NCBI GenBank assembly: GCA_000708835.1
Contig: DF237171.1
Location: 62,001-126,000 of the forward strand
DNA from: Klebsormidium nitens
Lineage: Eukaryota > Plantae > Klebsormidiophyceae
DNA length: 64,000 nt
Direction: 5' to 3'
Positions 53,783-64,000 of the stretch are shown piece after piece. Within the stretch, counting starts at the first letter, position 1. Every line of letters begins with the position of its first letter. The notes under the pieces are model-generated. The model saw only the letters and a program-made list of their open reading frames with translations, ran no database searches and was not told the origin of the DNA. A program made the position numbers and the translations under genes.

Positions 53783-56700
53783 ATGTGGCGAAGAATGTTT
53801 CATGGCGGAGGTGTGATGTCCCGCTCAGCTCAGTGTTTCGCTTGCAAGTGCTTCCCCCTGCCTCATTCCATCCAGGCTTCCGTCAAGGTCCAGAGCAACT
53901 GCCACCCGCCAGTGCCCAAATTCACAAACGGTTTTGGAGCCTCTTGCTATTTCTCACAAACAGCCACAGTCCACGTAGGCTCTCAATTAGTCTGTTTGCA
54001 ATCTATCAGATTCCCCACAACTTCTCATTCTAAATTAGGGCACAGCCTCGACATTGAAAAGCTCTCGACCACTTCTCCTTTTGTTCCATCATTTCACAAA
54101 ACGACATTTCTTAGCAACGTCACGCACGCTGAAAGGTACGTGACCGTCGCGGGTGCTTGTCACGTGTCCTCCCCAGCTTCTCACAACAACATGGCTGGGC
54201 CATCGCCTGGGGTGGTCGAGATGGTGGAACTCAACGCACAGGAGGAGAGGATCTTTAATACACTCAAGCAGACGCTCGCGCACTTTGGCCTGAAGACGCA
54301 GCTCAGGGTGGCGGGCGGGTGGGTGCGCGACAAGGTGGGTGCTCCGCCTCAACACAACCGCACCTTGCCAGCGATGGTGACCATGCATTGCAAATCACCA
54401 CCTCGAACCCGAGCCCTGCTGTGTTAGCTCCATTTCTTTGTCAATGAGATACCTTTCTGGGCTGGTCAGCCTTGTGAGGAGTGATCGTTGGATTGCTCGG
54501 AAAGGGACGACGTGTTTCCAAACGGCAGAAGGGCAGAATGAAATCAGAATTTTTTTTAGGCAGTATATGTGCGTAGCATGCCTGCGAAGAATTGTGGCTC
54601 AGAGTCAGTGGCGCTCGCGCTTGCATAGCAAGCACAATTTGTTCAAGGATCTTGCACAGAGACCTACCATGTCTGTGTGGGGGTATGTAAGGTAGACCCA
54701 AGCTATGCTGATACTTCAAGATAAATCTGTTCAACCTTACCTGAGATTGGTCTGGGCCTCCTTTGACCTCCTTTGCGGGTAACCTACTACTCACACTCCA
54801 ATTGTTGCTGCTCAAACAACACTCGCGTTCATGAGCGGTCTCCCCATGAAGCTCTTAAATCGCCTTCCTCTTTTGATGGGCGTTTTGATTCCCAAGTTTT
54901 GAAAGCTTTGGGGGCAGCACCACCTCAAGTTTTGACACACCCTCAAGGATCTCAGGACAACTCAGAGGTTGTGCGCTTTTGGTACTTCAGCGGGCACTGG
55001 GTCTGGATCTGTTCATTTGCTACTCCTCAGATCTGTGGGCGACCTTCTGCCCCAATTCACATACTTCTAACCTTCTGCCCCTTCTTTGAACAATATCCGC
55101 AGCACCCCACATACCCGCCCTTCATCGCTCTCTCCTCCTCATGTCTGCTTTCCTTGCATACTTCTCATGCACCGCTCGCTTCCTGCTTTCAGCTCTTGCG
55201 CCGAGACTCTGGCGACATCGATATTGCCCTGGACGACCAGATGGGCGTCGACTTTGCGGAGAAGGTGAACGAGTACCTGCGGTTGCGCGGCGAGCAGACG
55301 CGCGAGATTGGGCACATCAAGAGCAACCCGGACCAGTCCAAGCACCTTGAGACTGCCAAGGTCAAGTGAGTGGCGCCGATCGTTGAGCGAGAAATGGAGC
55401 AGGGCTTGATATTATTGGGCTTGGCGGAAGCCGGATGTGGCGCCCTGATGGGCAAAGAGAGTGCTTAACTTCGAATTCAGTTGCGTTGGGCACTTCTAGT
55501 GTTGATGCTGGTATTTGGAGTCTGCATAAGGAGTCCGCAAAGCTGTACATGGCTCGATGAGGGTTGTACCAGAAACGATAAGCTATGGGGCTCAAGTGTG
55601 GCTCCGACAACTCATTGCCTCGCAGTTCTATGGGTTACACATCGCTGTCTGCCGTTCAAGACTTTGCAACATGACGCCGATCGACAGGTGACGCTCGTAC
55701 TGACTTGAGGAACAGACGCGCAAGTCATCGCCCTTTGGTACTCAACCGAGGAGCAGGTTCTGTCATTTTCTCCAGCCTCGCAAAGCCCAAACGATGTCCC
55801 AGTTTCGAGAGTACTTTGAATGATGATGAGCAGCCGCCTGACAGGATACAGAGGCCCGTCGGCCCTAAAGGACTTTCAGAAGAAGGATCGTCGTCAGTTT
55901 GTTAACTTGCACCGTGCAAGAGCTTTCGGCCTCTGGTTGCGCAGGATCCACGGCACCGAGATCGACTTCGTGAACCTGCGCTCAGAAACGTACGCAGAGG
56001 GCAGCCGCATCCCGGAGGCGACGTTTGGCACCGCAGAGCAGGACGCGTTCCGACGGGACCTCACCATCAACTCCCTCTTCTACAACATTGGCACGGGGGA
56101 GGTCGAGGACCTCACCGGCAAAGGTGCGCGCGCGCAACCGGCGCTAGCCTGCTCCGAACGGAGGAACGGTGATGGTGTTCCGAATGACGACTGGCAAAAC
56201 GCTTGGATCTGCTAGCAGAAGGGATTCCGTAAATTCAGCAGAAATGCAACGGTCAACCAACTCCAACAGCAAAGCGCCCAAAATGCAATTCCTGATACCT
56301 CGAAGGCTTCGCGAGTGCGATCATCGAGTTGCTTGTGAAAGCCTCCTTCGTGACGTCACCCAGTGAAGTCCTTTGAAACAGAATGTGGCCACGACCTGAC
56401 ACACTTGTGCCGCCGGACCCTGTTCTCAGTTTCTTGTAGCCCGCCTCTTCCCACATCAGTTCTGACGCTTCCATACACAGTAATGAAGAAAGAGCCAAAC
56501 ACCGCCCCTTACGTCCCTGGGCCGTCGTATGCAGGCAAAGCGGACCTGCTTGCTCGCGTCATCCGTACGCCCCTCCCCCCCCGCACCACCTTTCTCGACG
56601 ACCCGCTGCGCGTGCTGCGCGCGGTGCGCTTTGGCGCGCGCTTCGGTTTTACGCTTGACCCGGAACTGGTGGAGGCAGCCAGCAGCGCGGAGGTGCGTGC

Positions 56701-59700
56701 GGCGCTTGGCACCAAAGTCAGCCGCGAGAGGATGGGAGTCGAGGTGAGGCTGGCACGCCCCGAGAGCATGAAATCACAGGGAAAAGTACCTGGAGCCTCA
56801 TGTCATGATCAATACGATGCTCACCCTGAGACATTTTGCCGAGAATGTTAGCCGCTCCGCCCCTGTACCTACCCGAACCCCCATGCTAACTCGACTGATC
56901 CTAGTGAGGCTGATTCGAGTGACATACGACTGATTTGAGTAGTCCAGAGACTAGCACCGAGAGCCTACGCTGCTGGCGCTTTTTCCATTTATTGCAAGCA
57001 GGTTCCTGTCAGGAATTCGCCCCTTACGTGTTTTTTGAGGTAGGGATCTGACGAAGCTAAGGAAGTCCATACTGACGCACTGATCAGTGAGGTTAGTAAT
57101 GTACAAGCTTTGCAGAGTCTGTTGCAGCTTAAGGCTGAGTATGTGGTGTTTTAGAGAGGATATTTGAGTGGTTTCAGGGCTCGGAGATAAGGGGAAGCGC
57201 TGCACCCTTTCAGTTGGTCTGCGATGCCTCTGTGCTGCCTCTTTTGAAAAGGAAGTCCGTGCTGCCACCGGCTTCGATCAGAATCTTGTCGTTCGTAAGC
57301 CATACCGAATCTGGTCGTTCGTTTGTTGACCGAAGGAGGTACATCATGAATTCCCGCTTCTCCAGAGCTCGGGAGCTGCTTTTGTGCAAACCTCAGGCCG
57401 CGACTTTTTCCTGTTGTACATCCGTTATCGTTCTGACAGCGAAGGACCGCGGCTCAATTGCGACGATCCTCGTGACGATCCGTTGTTGCTGCACTGCGAC
57501 GTGCGACCGAGTAACTTCGCACCAACAGGAACGTTTTCCAGACAATACCGAGCAGACGCACTGCAAATCTCTCAACCCACAAAATGTTCTGTTTTATACA
57601 TGCTTGACTTTCATAACATTACCGCTTCAAGATTTTGAAGCGCATCGCCTGCGCAGATCGATTTGATGCTCAAGGGCCCCGACCCCGTGGGTGCCATGCG
57701 CTGGTTCGACCGGTGCGGCCTGTTCTCGACCATCTTCCAGCTGCCGCCCAACTGCGCTCCGGCGGAGCCGCAAACCTACGGCCAGTGAGTCCAGTCCGCA
57801 GAGCCCGCACAATCCGTTTCTAGACTGGCTTCTCCCCGTTTGGCGAGACTTTTGAGCTTGTTTCCGCCAAATTAGCTTATCGCCCCACTTGTAGCCTTTC
57901 TGATTCTTCATTGTATACGGCTGTGCAATGTTGCTTGAAAGTCGTGACCATGTGCAGCAGAGAGACGTCTGAAGTCGTGACCATGTGCAGCAGAGAGACG
58001 TCTGGCGACCTACTGGGGGCTGCGCTTCTCTCCTGTATCGCCCTCGTCGCCTATGCACTTCATGAGAATCGTCAGAAGCTTGTCTTTAGACTTAAAAGTT
58101 AGCCAGAAGCAGTCGCGTTTCAGCCTCTTCTTGCAACGCCCTGGGCTTGATATTGTCTTACTCAGCAGGCCCGCCCGTCGAGTCAGCTGCGGTACCGAGA
58201 CCAACATATCCTACTTAGAACCTACGCCTCTCTTTAACCCTTCTCCAGTGTCGATCAGCTGCGCCACACGCGAACGGACAAGTCGTTGCCGCTAGACAAT
58301 GGGACAAAATTGGAGACTGCGTCCCACCTTCGACCGTGTTCAGCCTTTCTCTTCCCCAGGTCTGCCGTTGCTTCTTTGGCGAGCAGTGCCGCGCTCCTCG
58401 ACGCTTGGCCCAAGACGGAGGTGGATTCGCAGCTGCCGCCGGAGTTGCGGCGCATCTTTCTGCTGGCCGCGTTGCTGCTCCCGGTGAAGGCTGTGACGTA
58501 CAAAGAGAAGAAGAGCATGCAGCCTGTGTCCAAGTTCGTCATCCGGGAGGGGCTGAAACTGCCCGCCAAAGACGCTGACAGGGTAAGCGGAGCATGCTAC
58601 ATTGCGTTGCGGTACATTGTTCAAGAGCTCACTGAGGTGTTGAATCGTTGGCAATCCTATTGTCTTCGAGTCAAAGTCAAAGAGGCTTCGCAAAGACGAA
58701 TCAACCTAGAAAGGCTTCGCAAAGACGATACAAAGTTGCTTGATTGTAAAGAGGAACAGGAACGGGGCCCCTCCATAGCATTTGGCAGGCAGGTATGAAG
58801 CAAGGATGCAAGGCCCAACAAATTGATGAGTTGAATCGCTCCAGAGTCAGTTGACAGCGATTCCTTCCGGTTCAAATCTCGTCTAAAACCTCCCAAGACG
58901 CCGACAGGGTGCACGCGGATGCACCTTCGAGGAGTGTGACTCGCAGATCGTGTCTCCTGTAATCGCTGTGGAAATGAACCTGATCACCAGAGGAATCAAT
59001 TTCAGTGCTGCAACAATTTGTCTTTTTGCGGATGCCGCTCACTTCACAGAGTTCCGCCTGTGCGGTCCTGAAGGCTGCGTTTTTTGCTTCCACATAAAGG
59101 CCATGCACTGAAAGGCGTTCCGCTTCCCCCTCTCGTTTCTTCGGTTTGTCTTGAGCAGAATATTTACACTATTTATCGTTTTCCCGACTAGGTTGCCGCG
59201 CTGCACGTCGGCTCCGACGAGTTTGCCGCTGCTGCCCCCGCGCTGCTGTCCCCCGACGAAGAGGCCGCCACCAGCACGACGGGCGATGGAATGGACTCGC
59301 TCTCGGCGCGCCGACGCATCACTGCGGGTGAGCTTTTTCGCTTCTCGTTTTGTTGGCCGCAGGCGACCTAGCTGAGCTGCTGACGTCCGGCGCCGCAAGC
59401 TTGAGGACGTTTGTGTTACGTCATGCAGTAAAGCTGTTTGACATCACCCAACAACTGCACCTCGCGTCAACGCAACGATGAGGAGATTGGAGGAAACTGT
59501 CAAGCCGACAATGTGTCGGTTCTAGTTTCAGTAAGAAGGAACAGAACGAGCGTGTGATCTGAAAGCGCAGCAGAGCGGTGCGGGCAGACAAGCGGTGGGG
59601 GTGTACGGTCTGCCTGAAGCCAATTGAGCTGGCAAGCTGCTCTGCTTCAATCCGCGCTGACGATCCGTTCTGACGCTGCTTGCAGACAATCCCATGACCC

Positions 59701-60123
59701 TTGGAATCGTAGCCCACCCTTGTAAACCATCGCACCTGATCGCTTGCAGGACACTTGGTGCGGCGGCTCAAGGAGCTTTGGCACGCGGCCGCCATCCTCT
59801 CCGCTGTGTCCGCCCTCTCTTCCGAACCCTCCAAACCCTCCGACGCCGCCGAGACTGCCGCCCTGCTCGTGCAATCGGTCCGAGAAATGGGCCTGGATCG
59901 CGCCTGGGAGATGAAGCCTCTGCTCGACGGAAAGGCGATCATGGCAATGGTAGGGAAGCCGGGGCCACAAATCGCAGAGCTGACGCAAAAGGTGTTAGAC
60001 TGGCAATTCGCGCACCCGAAGGGCTCGGTGCAAGAGTGCTCGCAGTGGTTAGAAGGGGTGTGGAGAAGCCTAGGGTCCTCAGAACAGCACGGCAACACGT
60101 ATCCTAGTAAGAAACAGCGGTGA
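53783..60123 (+). CDS. TRNT1: tRNA nucleotidyltransferase (CCA-adding enzyme, class II): 521 aa from ATG 54191, up to 657 aa from upstream in-frame ATG 53783
   Basis: Exons 53783/54191-54334, 55193-55365, 55945-56123, 56535-56743, 57657-57784, 58360-58582, 59192-59327, 59750-60123. Motifs LRVAGGWVRDKLL, DIDIALD, NPDQSKHLETA, IDFVNLRSETY, DAFRRDLTINSLFYN, FLDDPLRVLRAVRF, KVSRERMGVE and KPLLDGK. Confidence 0.95.
57939..58004. repeat. Perfect 33-bp tandem duplication in CCA-enzyme intron 5
   Basis: aagtcgtgaccatgtgcagcagagagacgtctg twice. Confidence 0.95.
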
Positions 60124-60863
60124 GGCGGTGAGGGTTGAATGAGACCGTCGGGCACTTCCGTGCAAACGTGTGCCATAAGCATGGACGGTCCCCGGCTCCA
60201 CCGCCGTTTCATGAGTGTATCATGTATACATAGATATGACATGAGCAGCTGCATTCGAACCGACTGCAAGGAGTGACGTTAAGATGTCAATGCGTTATGG
60301 ACGCGAACATGTGATGATAATACCTACATTGAGTTGATTGCAGTACGCGCGATCATTAATTCAATGATTCATACATATTCATGTTGCATGCCTGGCGGTA
60401 TGTATAATCTGACTAGCTCCTTGGATCGAATGCAACTGCAATCGAGACTGCTAGGCTAAGTTCAACGTTGCTAATGCACACATGGCCGGAATACATGTTG
60501 CATATATGAAGCGCACTGAGCTCTAGATCTGCATGCCGCAAGGGGAAACATAGCAGCTGCATGAGTTCCTCGGCTACATGCACCAAGTTTAACATATATC
60601 TCCTTGGATTGCTTGCTTGTCTTTTAAGCAAAACTTCGAATGTTTAGTAAGAGGATTATAAGCACTCTCCCTCAAAATCTACGAGTGTTTGACCTATGAC
60701 CCAGATTTTATTCTCTATATTGCTCGTTAAAAGAGCTAACGCCTGAAGAAAGGCAGGCATCAACCAGCTCAGACAATCAGCCATTCCCCCTTCGGTACAA
60801 AACCCCAGCTGAGTTTCCTCCCTCTCCGATCTAGCTCTCTCCCACCCGCCCCCGTTCTCATTT

Positions 60864-63800
60864 TTATAGGTCCGTCTCAACTTGGCCCGCCACCCTCCCG
60901 CACCGGTCGCACGGCTCGGGCGCGTGCGCCGGCCCGCGGGCCTTGGCGTGCCGCTCTAGACCCTTAAGGTCATGCTCTAGGACCGCCTCCAGCGCATCCG
61001 CCGCGTCCTTCAAATTGCGCCCATCGATCGTCAGGGGGGGCGCCAGACGAATGATGGTTTCGTGAGTGGGCTTCGCCAAAATGCCGCGCTCCTTGAGCCC
61101 CACGCACACGTCCCAGGCCGTCACTTTCCCAAGGCCTGCTTGGTTCATGACGACAGCGTTTAACAGGCCCTTGCCCCGCACGACCGAGATCTTGTCCGGG
61201 AAGCGGGACTGCACGCGCTGCAGGTGCGAACGGAACTCCTCACCCAAAGTGTCGGCCCTGCAGACAACAGGGTCGTGCCGGTGATCAGCGCGCTTCAATT
61301 TTTGAGTCTCAGGCATTTGTCGCCAAGACGGAACCAGCTCAAACCAGTTGCGACTCCGAGAAGCTTCTGAACTTGCTTCCATCACCGCTTGACACATCAA
61401 GGGGTGCCGCCCGGCTGCCTCAGATGTTCTACGGAAGGACGTTGCGGCTCAAGGAGGGCTTACAGGTCAAGAGCAGACCCCCTTACTACTTTCGGTGCAA
61501 CAATCGGGTTTGGGTCTATTGCGAGCGAGAATAAAAACTGGTTTCATCACGTGACAAGTGACGACTACCCGGCTCTCTTGAGGACACGTAATTGTAACTG
61601 CATGTAGAACGTCGGCGAATCAAGGGCCCCATCACGTTCAGAGCAGTACCGCATCCATTTCGTCCCAGAAGTTTCCGACGACTTTGTAGGAAGCTATCCG
61701 GTTCCAAATCCTTCCGTTTCTTCATCCCCGAACAACCGTTGGCTGTTTCGCGAAGTGGTTTCGTTGCTTGACACAGCGCGACGCCGCACGTGGTAGGGAG
61801 CGCACCTTTGGGCCATCTTCTCGTCGATGACGACATCGAGGGCCGCGGACGCTACCGCGCAGCCGACGGGATTGCCGCCAAAGGTGCTCCCGTGCTCGCC
61901 CGGCTTGATCACCAGCAGGATCTCGCGGTCCGCCAGGACCACGCTCACAGGATACACGCCACCCGCGATTGCCTTACCCAAGATCTACACATGAAGAGGA
62001 CAGCGCAACGACCAATGTCACCAAAAATCTCCAAATGAAAGCGTTGCTGCCAGAATCAGTTCGCATGAGTCCAGGATAGGGAGGGAGTTCGTAAGATCGA
62101 TCCTTGCATAAAAAGGAAAAGAGCGTAACAGACTTAGGGAGGGTGTGGCGCAGCAAATGGAAGTCCGAATAAGACTGCAAATGGAGACTCGATTAAGGCT
62201 GCCGAAAATATTGGAAAGATATGGATTCGGACGCTGCTCTTGGCCTGCGTGGATCGCAATAAATGATGACTCCTCGTCAGTGAACGAGACGTCTATGCAG
62301 ACAGCCAATTTCCACCTGAAACCGCAAAGTGATAACCCATTACGAAACAGCCCAGGTGCACCGTGGGGCTGCTCACCACGACGTCGGGGCGCACGCTCTC
62401 CCAGTCGACCGCCAACATGCGGCCGGTCCGGGCGATGCCAGTCTGGATCTCGTCGGCAATCATGAGGATGTTGTGCTGGCTGCACAGCTCGCGCACCTGC
62501 CGCAGGTAGCCCTCGGGGGGGACCACCACCTGGAGAACAGGATCTCGGGTTAGCGCTAACCTCAATCAGAAAGCAGGAGCTGAAAGAGCAAGTATACCTC
62601 TGAACTTCACGAATCACATTTTGACCCGTGGCGGCAAAGCGAACATGGCAAGTGGATTCGGCTTGGAATTAGCGCCGCTCGAAACCTGCGGTGGTGGGAC
62701 TCTTACGCAGTCGTGTATGATTCGAGGAGCACGGAAGACAGAAAGAGCACGATCCGCAAAGCCTCTGGTGAGCGGTGCACTGGTTGGAGTGTGTTGGGTC
62801 AGAGAGTTTGCTTACGGCAGCCAGTGGTGTGAACACTGGCCCCCGAAGTTGCTCGACAGGTCCGCCGAAAGCAGATTTGCTATTAATCAACATTGCAGCC
62901 GGGATTCGACATGTGCTGCACAGTATCGGGTCGCCAACACACCATTTGTTCATAGCAGGCTCGGCAGTATGTTATACGGCCGATACAGCTGGCCCACTTA
63001 CCCCCGCTTCTCCTTGAATGGGTTCGAAGATGAAGCCGGCAATCCTGTCTCCGTACTCCTCAAACGTCTCTCTGAGCCCCTCGATGTCCCCAAAGTCGAC
63101 CTTGATGTGCCCCGGGACTTCCGGCCCGAACCCTCTCCTTGCCTGGAAAAAGCGACAGCGGCTGGTTGTGAGTCGGGAGTTGGAAACGAAGACACTGCTT
63201 GCCACAAAGCCCTAGGTACCATGCTGCGAGCTGTGCTTCTTGAGAACTCTGCAGGGGCCGAAACTAGCAGCCTCTTGGTCAACGACGTCTGCTTCTTGCA
63301 GCGGGTTCTTCCCCCATCGCTCACGAACTTAAGAACTCGTCCTCTTACTCCTCGACACTCGGTTCTGTTTTGCCGCCAGGTGAATTTAAGCGGGAGGCAA
63401 CCAGACGTGTCGAGCACATCCGAAAGCTGACTTCTTATGCCCACTACAACGTCTGATATTCCAATTGTGGGGTTGCAAGCACAACGCCAGACGCTCTGCA
63501 CACTCACCAGTCCAGGAGCAAAGCTGACTTGCGCGCAAACGCTCTCCTCACAGCCGTAACGTTTGTTTCTTCCAGCTCGAGTCCTTTGCCCTCACCTCAT
63601 TATCACAGCTCATGGAGATCGCGCCAAGTGTCCTCCCATGGAAGCAGCCGCAGCAGGAGACAATGAGCGCTTCGTCCTTGGGGATGCCTTTCTTCTGGTA
63701 GCCCCACTTGCGCGCAACCTTGAGCGCCGTTTCCACGCCCTCTGCGCCCGTGTTCATCGGCAGCATCATCTCGTATCCGAAAATGGCCGTCAGCTTCTTG

Positions 63801-63901
63801 GCGAAGCGGCCGAGCTGGTCGTTGTGAAATGCGCGGCTGCTTAGGGTCACGCGCTGCACCTGGTCGATCAGCGCCTGCACGATCTTTGGGTGGCAGTGGC
63901 C
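60864..63901 (-). CDS. OAT: Ornithine delta-aminotransferase (PLP class III); 5' exons lie beyond the right edge
   Basis: Exons 63901-63596, 63142-63002, 62529-62377, 61984-61806, 61257-60864. Motifs [58 protein letters not shown] (PLP Lys), [20 protein letters not shown] and [14 protein letters not shown]. Confidence 0.97.
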
Positions 63902-64000
63902 CTGCAAACAGAAGCGTAAGACTCAGACGCATAGACTACCCGTTTTGCAAGGCCTTTTGATTCAGGAAATATGAAGATATGAAGGATTCTTAAATGGAAG

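Noticed and set aside
60312-60412. Possible C/D snoRNA (GTGATGA ... CTGA about 100 nt apart)
   Set aside because: No terminal stem and no rRNA-antisense element recognised; it lies in a palindrome-rich spacer where such words occur by chance.

Overview
Eukaryotic, intron-rich genomic window. The orthologs are plant-like and the introns are mostly a few hundred bp, so a streptophyte green alga such as Klebsormidium is plausible (inference only). I assembled 11 spliced genes by hand, and each keeps its reading frame across all junctions: a conserved plant protein of unknown function (ApgM/iPGM-like, +), a conserved WD40-like protein (-), UDP-glucose 4-epimerase (-), allantoinase with a signal anchor and a GC-AG first intron (-), a secreted M43 metzincin with a long glycosylated pro-region (+), TTC5 (-), poly(A)-binding protein (+), a pathogen-related/NTF2-like protein (-), an SSAT-like GNAT (-), the tRNA CCA-adding enzyme (+), and the 3' part of ornithine aminotransferase (-). 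An acidic low-complexity terminal exon of a twelfth gene lies at the left edge. No tRNA, rRNA, CRISPR array or autonomous transposon was found. The most unusual features are: a fourfold repeat of the PABP last-exon splice acceptor that could give MLLE-less PABP; the M43 domain architecture; a probable ApgM-fold pseudoenzyme; a bacterial-looking GNAT that shares an upstream motif with allantoinase; upstream in-frame ATGs for organellar CCA isoforms; a 58-bp inverted repeat; two motif-dense MITE-like elements; and palindrome-rich tracts downstream of gene ends. All coordinates were read by eye and no searches were run.
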